A stretch of 64,000 nt of DNA. It comes from Torpedo marmorata. Lineage: Eukaryota. Of this stretch, positions 1 through 11,490 are shown in pieces. Every line of letters starts with the position of its first letter. The stretch's first letter is position 1. Under the pieces are notes generated by a model. The model ran no database searches. It saw nothing but the letters and a program-made list of their open reading frames with translations, and was not told where the DNA came from. A program made the translations under genes and the position numbers. The stretch covers positions 70,618,001 to 70,682,000 of the forward strand of contig OZ360241.1 of the NCBI GenBank assembly GCA_977017645.1. Reading direction: 5' to 3'.

Positions 1-239
1 GATGAAGATTCCTCTGTTGATAGCTGTTGAACCCCCAAATGAATTCAGATCTGGGGGATCTACCCAGTTTGCTGTTGGCTTGAATTCACAGACCTCTGAT
101 TTTGTTGTGACTGAACTGCCCTGGTTTGAGGTTGCTTTGCTGATATGCCATGGGGTTTCTACGAGCTTCTCATGTCTTCAAATCTTTCCCGTCTAACATA
201 CCCACTTCTTTTAGTATTAGATTCTCGTATCCTGGCAAA

Positions 240-1045
240 AAGTTCAAGTTCGAGTTTAAGTTCAAGTTTATTATTATTAATGGTAAAGTACAACTGGACG
301 AAACGGCGATCTTCAGTCCTCGGTGTAAAAACATGCAACCACATATTTAGACATAGAACACATATTTACAAGCAAGTTATATGCATTACGTATACCGGTA
401 TATACATAAATAAATATTGTTAAATAAATAGTAGAGTCTCGGATGAGCAGTTCATCAGTCATTCAGCAGTCTCACTGCCACTGGGAAGAAGCTGTTTTGC
501 AGCCTGGTGGTTCTGGCTCTGATACTTCTGTATCTCTTTCCCAATGGGAGTAACTGGAAGATGCTGTGTGTGGGGCAGTGGGGGTCCTTAACGATTTTTT
601 TGAGCCCTCTTCAGACAACGATCCCGGTAGATCACATCGATGGGGGGAGGGAGACCCTAGTGATTCTCTCTGCTCATGCTCCTGTGGATTGACCTCTGAC
701 CCAATGCTCTACAGCAACCGTACCACACTGTGATGCAGCCGGCCAGGACGCTCTCGATAGAGCTCCTGTAGAAAGCTGACAGGATGATGGCCGGTAGCCT
801 TGCCCACCTCAGTCTTCTCAGGAAGTGCAGTCACTGTTGCACCTTCCTGACAAGTGAGGAGATGTTGTGTGTCCAGGATAGGTCACTAGTTAAGTGGACT
901 CCAAGGAACTTGGTGCTCTCTACTCTCTCCACTACAGAGTTATTGATGTGTATTGGAGGGTGGCTGCCCTGGTCCTCCTGAAGTCCACAATCATCTCCTT
1001 TGTCTTGTCCACATTGAGACTCAGGTTGTTATTCTCGTACCATAA
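240..1045 (-). mobile_element. Rex1/Babar-like LINE, 3' fragment (degenerate)
   Basis: Minus strand reads as an RT C-terminus (LNVDKTKEMIVDFRR...VESTKFLGVH...LSWT). Short-repeat tail (aagttc)n next to tttatt. Confidence 0.7.
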
Positions 1046-1118
1046 CATGAGAAAAAGACACTGAAAATCTATGATATATATACCCATCGTGATTTTACAT
1101 ACCACGTTTCAGCCTCCT

Positions 1119-1410
1119 TCACACCAGAGAAAACAGTCCTAGCCTATCTATTATCACCTTATAGCCCGAGCCCTCCAGTCCTGGCAACAACCTTGCAAAT
1201 CTTTTCTGCACCCTCTTTAACTTAATCACATATTTTCTGTGGTATGGCAGCCAGAACTGCACACAGTCTTGCTGGTGCAATCTCACCAAATGTCTTGTGC
1301 AGCTGTGACACGATGTCCCAATACTTATGCTCAGCATCTCATCCGCTGAAAGGAAGCATGTCAAACGTCGTCCTCACCACCTTGTCTACCCATGTTGCCA
1401 CTTTCAGGGT
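1119..1410 (-). mobile_element. CR1-like LINE fragment
   Basis: ORF 1119..1364 contains CVQFW.P.HRK...LKRVQKRFARLLPGL, a typical CR1 ORF2 C-terminus. Confidence 0.75.
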
Positions 1411-1879
1411 TCCAAAGGGCTACCCCACTGACTCTTCAGCCAGTTCCCCAGCCTCATTCCCCAGTGAGGCTCCAGGCGTTCCAGTGTTGCCCCCCTCTCG
1501 AGCAGGTCCATCTGCATGTTGCTTGAGAAAACCTTCCTGGACACACCTAACAAATTCTGCCACTCCAAAGTCTTAGCACCATTGCACTCCTAGTCAATAT
1601 TAGGGATGTCAAAATCATCTACTATGATTCCAACTACAGCTATCTGCAATCTCCTGACATAAAATCAAGGATCTGTTTAATTGCATGCAACAATATTGTT
1701 AATAAACTTTAATAAATGGGTTTAAATGAGTCTCATCTAGAAGGCACCAAAGTCACCTGACCAACTAACTCGGCTGCTGTTTATGATGTTTATGTTCCTC
1801 CCACCCCTTGTCACCTAATACCATTACCAACTATTCCTGCCTCTATCACATTCATAACTCCATCATTTGAGAGGAAAAG

Positions 1880-2775
1880 CAAATTGTGCAGAGGTTGTGG
1901 AGTGTCTGCAGAGAGATGTAGATAGATTGAGTGAGTGGGCAAGCGTTTGTCAGATGGAGTACCATGTTGGTAATACGAGGTCATTCCCTTGGGGAAACAA
2001 ATAGTAGATCACATTATTATTTGAATGGTGAAAGATTGCAGCATGCTCCTGTGTAGAGGGACTTGGGAGTGCTTGTGCATGAATCATAAAAATGTCAGTT
2101 TGCAGGTGCAACAGGTAATCAAGAAGGCAAAGAGAATGTTGGTCTTCATTGCCGGAGAAATTGAATGTAAGAGCAGGGAGGTTCTGCTGCAACTGCACAG
2201 GGTAGTGGTGAGGCCTGAGAACTGAGTGCAGTGTAGTCTCCTTAATTGAGGAAGGATATACTGGCTTTGGAGTCAGTGCAAAAGAAGTTCACCAGGTTGA
2301 TTCGAGAGATGGGGGGGTTAGCCTATGAGGAGAGATCGCGTCCCTGTGACTATACTCACTGGAATTTGAAGAATGAGATGGGATCTGATAGAAACATATA
2401 AAATTATGAAAGGTATAGGTAAGATAAAGACAGGAAAGTTGTTTCCACTGATAGGTGAGACTAGAACTAGGGGACATAGCCTCAAGATTCAGGGAGCAGA
2501 TTTAGAGTGGAGATGAGGGGGTACTGCTTTTCCCAGAGAGTAGTGAATCTGTGGAATTCTTTGCCCAGGGAACAAGTAGAGGCTGCCTCATTAAATACAT
2601 TTAAGACAGAGTTAGATAGATATTTGCATAGTATGGGAATTAAGGATTATGGTGAAAAGGCAGGAAGGTGGAGCTGGGTCCACCGCCAGATCAGCTTATT
2701 GATCTTATTGAATGGTGAAGCAGACTCGACAAGCCATATGGTCAAATCCTGCTCCTATTTCTTATGCTCTTATAT
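1880..2775 (+). mobile_element. CR1-like LINE, 3' fragment
   Basis: QVQQVIKKAKRML and FSQRVVNLWNSLP motifs, followed by the CR1 3' tail cctgctcctatttcttatg. Confidence 0.8.
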
Positions 2776-3103
2776 TATCATATTCCCCTGATAACTGATC
2801 AAGATGTTTTAAAGCTTATTGACTGAGCTTTATATTTACGAAAGATAAAGGGTGAATTATTGGAAAACAGAACTTTGAGATTGAGTCCTCCATTATCCAT
2901 AGTCTACCATGGTCATCTTTCTATACAATTTGAGCTCGTTGTGGTGAAAAGCTGGTGTGCTATCAAGATCGTGTATGTTACTAATAAGACTGCAGTTTTT
3001 GGAATGGTTTCCTGGTTTGGCCTGTATATCCGAATGAGAATCTGTGTAAGGGGATGTTGTTGAGAATACTGACTCTGTATTATCTTTCTCGGTTTTGTTA
3101 AAG

Positions 3104-3235
3104 CATTCCTGGATCTGCCATCTGTGCCTTCGACATGGAACAGATTTCCAGCATTTTTGATGGACGTTTCAAGGAGCAGAAATCCCCAGAGTCTATTTGG
3201 ACGCCGGTGCCTGAGGAATTGGTTCCAAAGCCAAG
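3104..3235 (+). CDS. SEMA6B: Semaphorin-6B-like coding exon (Sema domain): (S)[43 protein letters not shown](R). Upstream exons lie outside the window or were not detected.
   Basis: Acceptor ttgttaaag| and donor |gtaaaa; 132 nt, phase 2-2. [12 protein letters not shown] matches SEMA6B as recalled (SEMA6A has KSPDSTWTPVPD). Confidence 0.93.
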
Positions 3236-4296
3236 GTAAAAGAACAGTTTGAGACCATGAATATGCAATACAATTCAAAATGAGATATCTGGTACCTTTT
3301 TGGAGATACTGTGAATTGAATATCCTAACCTAGAAATTCTAGAGCACCCAAATGGATGCGCTGGATGGGAGTGTTGCAGGCAGTCAACTGTAAATTGCCA
3401 TTGTACTGGTATAAATGCCGTCTAGAATCCAGGGTCAGGTGGGGAGGGAGGATCAACTGTCAGAGGAAGATTGGGCTGGAGGTTGAGTCACCAGAGAAGG
3501 TGGGTGGCTGGGAGTGGGGATAGTGAAGGTTGGAGTCTTATTAAGTGGGCTCAGAGAAGCAAAGGAGCTGAAGGATCAGGGAGATGGGTTCCATGAGCAT
3601 TGGGAGGTAAGATAGTTTGAGGATCAGGATCATTATTGGGTCAAGGCCAAAGGGAATCAGTGGGTTAACCTGTTCTCATGCAAAATTGATGAGTCGATTG
3701 GGATGCTTGATATTATGCGGGTTGGGGAAGAGAGGCAAAGGATTAAAGGATAGAGCCTCAAACTCATCCTCAAACCATTTCTGTCAGAGTAAACCATGGT
3801 TGTCCCAAGAGTACCTGATAAAGAATATTCCTGGAACAAATTAATTCAAGTACACCTGCAGTGTTTCAAAAGAAACACTGCGCAAGGAACGATGACATCC
3901 TATTCATGACAGGCACGAACGAAGAGCATGACACATCTGGGTATGCTCACTCAAACTTCGAGAGCAATGTGAAATGACTTGGAAGCAGTTGTTAAAGGGT
4001 TTCACTCCAGCTCAACTCATTTTTCAGTTGGTTAATAATAGAAGCACTGTGCTTTTGAGTTTCTAGGCCCATCTGTTTTGAACATGGCCTGCAAAAGAAA
4101 GGTTCAGCACAATCAGACTAAATATTTCAATGGCTCCAATACTATGCCCTCTTACTTAGAGAAACCTTTCACTGCACCAATGTAGCACTTACCAGAATAA
4201 TGCAGGGTCCAAGTGACGCTCTACTTGGAATTTTTCCTGTGGTTTTCTTAACTTAGTATTTCCCATTGGGGGCTTGCATCAAAGATTTACCAGACT

Positions 4297-5174
4297 CAAA
4301 GTATGACGAAGATTATTAACGTTAGATATAGGTTAGTGCGATATAACTTTTTTGCATCAATTATATTTAACACCTAACAAATTAAAGAAATTTAATCCGA
4401 CATTATCAGGTTTATGTTTTAGATGTAACAAAGAGGAAGGTTCTTTTGTACACTCTACGTGGCTTTGTCCAAAGATATATGATTTTTGGTTGAAAGTTAA
4501 AAAGTTTTTAGATAAAGTATTAAGAATTACACTCCCAATGGATCCTATGATATTTTTGTTTGGAGATATTAAAAGAATTAGTATTAAAATGAGATTAAAT
4601 ATGTATCAAATAGAATTTTTGCAAATTGCTTTAGCTGTTTCAAAGAAATGCATTGCTATTACATGGAAGTCTGATGTAGATTTAGGGTTAGAAAGATGGC
4701 ATGCAGAACTTCGTTCAGCTATACCACTTGAAAAAATTACTTATAATTTACGTAATAAATATTATTTCTTTTTGAAAATATGGAGCCCATATTTAAAAAC
4801 TGTGGGTCTAAGGATTTGAAGATCTCTGGATATCGGATCTGACTGGCGAACCTGTGTTCCACAATAAAATTAGCTTATAGTTGTTCTTTTTAGATTNNNN
4901 NNNNNNNNNNNNNNNNNNNNNNNNNNNNNNNNNNNNNNNNNNNNNNNNNNNNNNNNNNNNNNNNNNNNNNNNNNNNNNNNNNNNNNNNNNNNNNNNNNNN
5001 NNNNNNNNNNNNNNNNNNNNNNNNNNNNNNNNNNNNNNNNNNNNNNNAGGGGTGGGAGGGTTAGGGAGGGAGGGGGGGTGAAAATATATCACATGTATTT
5101 TGACAATTTTGCATTTTATAAATATGTATTATCGAGTGATTTAAAATCTTAAATAAAATATTTTATATAAAAAA
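4297..5174 (+). mobile_element. 5'-truncated L1-clade LINE with 16-bp TSD; contains an assembly gap
   Basis: ORF2 C-terminal CCHC region (CFRC...H..W.CP), G-rich 3' UTR, AATAAA and A-rich tail. TSD aaagatttaccagact at 4281-4296 and 5175-5190. Confidence 0.88.
4897..5047. other. Assembly gap (run of N)
   Basis: 151 consecutive N. Confidence 1.
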
Positions 5175-5384
5175 AAAGATTTACCAGACTTGGAGTACTG
5201 TGCACAGTTTAGGTCACCCAGTAATCGGCAAGGTATCAATAAACTGATAGGACTGGGCTGCTTGAATTATAAGAAGAAGGTGGATAGGCTGGGACTTTTC
5301 TCCCTGGAGAATAGGAAGCTGAGGGTTGGGGGGCTAATATGGTTTATAAAATCATGGGGGTTGGGCATAGATAAACTGAATATT

Positions 5385-5945
5385 CATAGTAAATACACAG
5401 AATTACTAGAGAAACTCAGCAGATCTCACAGCGTCCACAGAAGGCAAAGATATACTGTATAACCAACATTTCAGGTCTGAGCCCTTTGTCAAGGTATGAG
5501 CATAAAGCAGGCAGGTGCCTGAATAAAAAGGTGGGGGGGAGGAGGGAAGAAGGGGCAGGGGGAGGGGCACCGGCCAACAGCCAATAGGTCAGAGGTGGAC
5601 ATGGATAGGAGGGCAGGAGAGAAAAGCTGAGAATTGATCGGGGGAGGGGGTTAGATCTGTAAATGCAGAGCTGGAGGAAAGGAGACAGAGGGATAGGGAA
5701 AGAGAGAGAGACAGAGCTAGAGGAAAGGAGAAAAGGAAAAAAAAGCTGAGAATTGATCGGGGGAGGGGGGTAGCTCTGTGAATGCAGAGCCAATAAAAGG
5801 GGGACAATGGGATAGGGAAAGAGAGAGAGAGACAAGTGGACGGGAACTGGAGGAAAGGAGACATGGGGAATGAGAGAGATGGAGGTGGGAGGGGGCCTAA
5901 CAGAAACCAGAGAAGTTGATGTTAATGCCATCTGGTTGGAGGGTG
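5385..5945 (-). mobile_element. Penelope-like element, 3'/pLTR fragment with a local tandem duplication
   Basis: Shares the 'gaaactcagcag...ccaacatttcagg..tgagccctt' terminus and purine-rich tract with the GIY-YIG-bearing copies at 33.2 and 42.1 kb. Confidence 0.7.
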
Positions 5946-5949
5946 CTCA

Positions 5950-6670
5950 TAGTCTTTTTTTCCCCAGGGTAAGAGTCTAAAGTTACAAGGCATAGATTTA
6001 AGGTGAGAGGGGAATTTTTTTAAAAGGGACCCAATAGCCACCTTCTCCACATATGGAATGAGCTGCCAGAGGTAATGGTAGGGCCAGGTATAATTGTAAC
6101 ATTTAAAAGACATTTAGACAGACACCTGGATAGGAAAGGATTAGAGGGATAAGGCCTGAGAGGGATAGAATGGGTAGGCAACTTGGTCATCATGTAAAAG
6201 TTGGGCTGAAGGGCCACTTTCTGTGCTGTAGAATTCTCTGACTGAATCTTGGATCCTGGGTTAGGTTGAATCAACAAAGCCTGCATTCATTGGAGTTCAA
6301 TGGAAAATTCGATTTGGAATGTCTAATATTCTGACAGGGCTGGACAGTTTGGTGCAGGGAGGCTGCTTCCCCTGGATGAGAATTCTGGAGAGAGAGGTCA
6401 CAGTCTCAAGGTATGGAGTCAGACATTTAGGACTGAGATGAGGAGAAATTTCTTCATTCAGAAGGTAGCAAACCTGAAGAATTCTGTACTGCGGAAGGAA
6501 AAGTCACTAAGCATATTTAAGAACGAGATATATAGGCCTAGATACAAAAGGCAATCATGGGTAGTGGGGAAAGATTGGGAATATGGTATTGAGATAGGGT
6601 ATCACTCATGATCAGATGGAATATTGGAACAGGTTCAAAAGGCCAAATGGCCTAACCCTGCTTCTGTGTT
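5950..6670 (+). mobile_element. Two degenerate CR1-like 3' ends
   Basis: Motifs tggaatgagctgccagag, gaagggcc...tctgtgctgta and gagatgaggagaaatttcttc. Confidence 0.65.
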
Positions 6671-8610
6671 CCTGAGTACTACGTGTATGTTTTCGTACAG
6701 ATCGAGGCTTCTCTGGATGAGGATGGCTTTAACCTGACTTCAGAAAATTGTGAGCTTCAGGCCCGTCACCTGTTGTGGCAATCTTCACTTTGTCACAAGG
6801 GGTCCAGAAGACAGAGAAAAATCTCTGTGCAATTTTCTGTGTAGATTGTTTTAAAGACTGGGTCTGGGAGCCAGAGGCCGATGCTTAATCTCCCAATTCA
6901 CCAAATAATTTAAACCTTAAATCACATTGAACTTGGGTCAATACAAATGCACGTCAAAGTATCCATGGCACAGCCTGAAGTATCTCTCTGACTTTTCCCT
7001 CAATAAAAAACCGAACAGAATCTGAATCATTGGGCAGTCTACTCAGACAGACGAGGGTCGGAACCAGTGTGTTGGGCAAAGAGGAAGGCAAGGTATGTCC
7101 CAATCAAGGAGACATCTCGCTAAACCAGGATGAGGTACAAAGAAAGGAAATGTAAAGTACGCAATCCTCAGATGAGCAGAGGATCTGAACATCTCGCCAA
7201 TGACACTGGTCGGCGAGCGATGTGAACCCCGTCCATCCTCCTTGCTTCATTGGGTTTCAAAATACTGCTCGCATGTCTAAAGCCGCCTGCTCCCCTCCAC
7301 GCTCCCAACACCTCTGGGAAGTCATGGTCCCAACTGACGGCACTGCCTCAGAATTCACGGCCGTGATTTCTGTCTATTTATTTAGTAATTCTTTGACAAA
7401 ATAAACCCTAAGAGCTGGTAAACGGGGACACTTCCTCAAGGAAGCTCGCAGCACTCGATGAAGCAACAGCGCTCGGGTGTGACATTCGATGGACAGAATT
7501 TTGTTTCACCGTCTGGGTATTATCAGTCTCGCCGATATCGTGAAAGATATCCTGACCAGATCCTCCCCGGTGCCGAAACCTTTGCGTTTACTACCCCATT
7601 ACTTTGCAAGAAGAGAGCATTTATTCCTAGCACTTCTGTTGTTTCAGTAAACACAAATAAAAGGACTGGCGGAGGGTGAGAGAAAAAGACGGGGTGTGAT
7701 AAAAAGATCGGCTAAAGTAAAATAGACTGAAACAAGGAAAGGAAAGGTTTGCAATGTGGAGTTAGACACGGAAAGGAGCATCTCAAAGGACGTGCACTAG
7801 ATTAATATCTCTCAGAAGGGCTGGAATGGAGAAGGCTGAGGAGAAGGAGGGTGCGAGTGCAGTGGCGCTGCACGTCCACGTATGTTATACGTCACAGTCG
7901 ACGTCGACGCAGTGGCGTTGCACGTCCCGCCTCTTTACATATCGCAATGCCGGTATGCTGTATAAAATGGCGGACTGAAATGGAGATTTGCAGGTTTTGG
8001 TCGTTCCAGTGTGAACGACCAATGCCAGCATATGGGAGGCTATGCAAAATGGAAAATTCCTGTGAATGCTGTGTAAAAATCATAAACATTTACTGGATTC
8101 TGCTGTGAGAAAAATTACTATCGCATTTGCCTGCTATGTGCTGAGATAAGGCAATGGTAACATTGTATTACTATGTTCTCCTTAATGTTTCACATCTTGT
8201 TTTGTAGATATGAAAAGGATTGTTATGCTATGGATAATGAGAAGAGAAACTCTGCTTTACAAAAGTAGTGACACAAACACAATGTTTCTAACAGAAATTC
8301 AATGGATTTAATTCCAAAATCTCAAACAACGTTAGACAGTACTTATCCAGAGTTAGAAATTTTAATGGTTTTGAATTGGAACAGGGGGAGAAGAAAATAA
8401 TAGCAATAATTATGTCTGAAAAACACTGAATAGTCTATAGTTGTTTATGTTTCCTTTGTTACTGTATTGAACATATATACTGTGTTAACCTGTTTTCAAT
8501 CAACTGTTATTTCTAAATCCCTTGTAATTATAGCCATAAAATCATACAGTTCAAAATGGGCTATTTTGCCCAACTCATCCATGCTGACCAGTGAGCTCCC
8601 TTCTGTATTA

Positions 8611-10435
8611 CCGTATATTTTGGTGTATAAGTCAACTCGCGGATAAGCCAACCCCCCTTTTTCAGCCTCATTTTAATGGTTTTATTGTATATCTAGCGAA
8701 TAAGTCGACCCCCAAAAAATCGCGATGCCTGAGATGCTGAGCATTGACCGGCGTATAAGTCGACCCACAAAAATCGCGATGATTGAGCTGCTGGGTGTTG
8801 ACCAGCGTATAGGTCGACCCATAACGATCGTGCTGATTGAGCTGCTGGGCGTTGGCTGGAGGTGATTGTTATCATGGAGGCTCAATTGAAACGCCGAAAA
8901 TATGAGGCGAGTTTTAAATTAAAAGTGATAGAAATGGCCAAGAAAACCAACAACTGTGCTGCTGCAAGAAAATTTGATATATATGAGCAGTTGGTAAGAG
9001 ATTGGAGGAAGAAAGAAAAATACCAAAAAGGCAATGTTCGATGAGAAGAGGAATCACTCGTTGGCCAGAGTTGGAAAATCATGTCGCAGCATGGGTACGT
9101 GAACAGAGGCAAGATTGCTACATAGTCACCCGAAATAAAATAAGAACATTTGCACTGAAGTGGGCAAAGTCGCACCCAGAACTCAGTAATGATTTTGAAG
9201 CTACAGTCGGCTGGTGCAACCGTTTCATGAACAGGAAAAATCTGGTTTTACGACAAAAAACAAAAATTGCTCAGAAACTACCAAAAGATCTTGATCATAA
9301 AGTTGTACGTTTTCACCAGTTTATTTTACGTAACCGGCAGAAACATAAGTTTGCATTGGCAAATATTGGAAACATGGACAAAACCCCCATGAATTTTGAC
9401 ATGATAGGCAATAGAACAGTGGAATGGAAAGGTGTGAAAACTGTGCAAACCAGGAGTACAGGCCATGAAAGGACCAGGTTTACTGTGGTGTTATCGTGCA
9501 TGGCCGACGGGACAAAGTTAAGACCCATGGTAATCTTCAAACGTAAATTTAAACCTAAAATAAAATTCCCTGTGGGTATTTTTGTACATTTTCATGAAAA
9601 AGGATGGATGGATGAAAATGGTGTAAAACTATGGATAGACAATGTGTGGAACAGACGGCCAGGCGGTTTACGCAAGGAACGGAGTTTGCTGGTCTGGGAT
9701 ATGTTTCGTAGCCACTTAACTGAGAACAGTAAAAGTAGATTAGCACAACATAATACTTACATGGGGGTTATCCCGGGTGGTTTGACGTCTATATTGCAAC
9801 CTCTCGATGTCTGCATGAACAAGCCATTCAAAGACCATGTGCGTGAAGAGTGGAATACATGGATGTCGAGTGCAGAAAAATCATTTACAAAAGGCGGGGC
9901 AATGCGTGCTGCATCGCTTGATGTGCTGGGTGACTTCGTGCTCAAGGCATGGGACAAAGTGAAAGTAGAGACTAAAATAAAATCGTTTAAAAAGTGCGGT
10001 ATCTCTTGTGCAATTGATGGTACGGAAGATGATTTATTGTGGGACACTGACGACGAAGCTGAAGCCGCCTCATCAGATACAGACTGGGACTCGTATGATG
10101 ACTGTTTAAACAGTGAGACCCGGATGTTTTTGCCGAGATCTTTGCCTCAGACGATGATAGCGAAAGTGATTTTGAAGGGTTCTAAATGTCTTCTTGTTTT
10201 CAATAAAAATGTCAATGAAAATTTGTTGCAGTCGGGTTTTTTTTTTTGGTTTTTCAAGGGTCGACTTATACGCCGAATCGGGTTTTCAAGGGTCGACTTA
10301 TACGCCGAATCATCGTGGAGCGGTTTTTGAGCTGATTTTAAGGTCTCAAAAGTGTATCCGGCGTATAAGTCGACCCCCATTTTTTGAGAGATCTTTGAGG
10401 GTTTCAAGACTCTGTTTATATGCCGAAATATACGG
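8611..10435 (+). mobile_element. Near full-length pogo-superfamily DNA transposon (Passer/POGK-like, DD35D), 1825 bp
   Basis: Imperfect TIRs CCGTATATTTTGGTGTATAA / TTATATGCCGAAATATACGG; TA TSD at 8609-8610 and 10436-10437. Interrupts a CR1 remnant that continues on both sides. Internal transposase. Confidence 0.93.
8874..10185 (+). pseudogene. Frameshifted Passer/pogo transposase (Brinker-type DNA-binding domain + CENP-B-type HTH + DDE_1)
   Basis: ATG 8874 gives MEAQLKRRKYEASFKLKVI...AARKFDI...VRDWRK, then a frameshift near 9015 into ORF 9002..10330. Catalytic motifs NMDKTP, VWDMFRSH and LQPLDV, with 35 aa between D2 and D3. A second frameshift near 10118 leads to ...DDDSESDFEGF* (TAA 10183-10185). 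Confidence 0.88.
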
Positions 10436-11094
10436 TAATTCCATCTCCCAGCACTTGGTCCAGGGTCAGGGACCTCTATGCCAAGGCAATTCAAGTGCTC
10501 ATCCAGATGCTGCTTTAACACTGTCAGTGACCCAGCTTCAACCACTGCCTCAGGCAGTGCATTCCAGAACCACTCTCTCAGTACCTTAATAATCACGAGT
10601 ATTGTTCTTCCCTTTATCCTTAATCTAACTAACGGGGTTTACTTGTTTTGAGTGCTTTCATGTTCTCCTCACCTGCATGAACCATTGTTAACTCTTGTTT
10701 ATGCATAATTTAATATTTCTCCTTGTGCAGTAACTTTTTCTTTCTCAAACTGTTCTGTTCAAAATTTCCCATCTATCTGCAATTCCTGTAAGGTTGTTGA
10801 ACCAGTTAGCCAAAAGAGTTGTATGGTACTGTGGTCAAATGATATTAGTGTAGTATTGACGAACATGAGTGCTAGACATGGCACTTACTGTATTTATCAC
10901 CTGGAGGCTGTACATGAAGCTCACTGTGTTTAAAAGTCTGCGTTGTAAGGAGCGTACAGAATGATTTTTCAGTCTGGGGTTCAGCAAGGTGATCTTCAGG
11001 AGCTATAGAAGCTAACTAAATGGGATAGAAAAAGAAAAGCAGGAATGTTATTTCCAGTTAATTTTTGGTGTATGACTGTGTATGTTATTAAATT

Positions 11095-11490
11095 CCCTGG
11101 AGCGTAGAATGAGGTGAGATTTAATAGAGGTATTTAAAAATATGAGGTGTATAGACAGTAAATGTAGATAGGCTTTTTCCACTGAGGGTAGGTGAGATAC
11201 AAACCAGAGGACATGGGTTAAGGGTGAGAGTGGAAATGTTTAGGGGGAACGTTCGGGGGAACTTCTTCACACAGAGAGTGGTGGGAGTGTGGAACAAGCT
11301 TCCAGCTGAAGTGGTGAATGTAGGCTCAATTTTAACATTTAAGACAAATTTGGACAGGTACATGGATGGGAGGGGTATGGAGGACTATGGAGTGGGTTCA
11401 GGTCAGTGGGACTAGGCAGAATAATAGTTCGGCACAGACTAGAAGGGCCGAAGGGCCTGTTTCTGTGCTGTAATGCTCTGTGGTTCTAAA
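11095..11490 (+). mobile_element. CR1/HER1-like LINE, 3' end
   Basis: FFTQRVVGVWN.LP motif and gggccgaagggcctgtttctgtgctgta tail; very similar to 31137-31750. Confidence 0.85.

Noticed and set aside
9000-9030. Programmed ribosomal frameshift in the transposase at the A-rich tract
   Set aside because: Pogo transposases are normally single ORFs and this copy has other lesions, so a small deletion is the simpler explanation. The family consensus would settle it.
10186-10330. C-terminal extension of the 442-aa transposase ORF
   Set aside because: It results from the frameshift near 10118 and reads through the subterminal repeats; the plausible native end is the TAA at 10183-10185.
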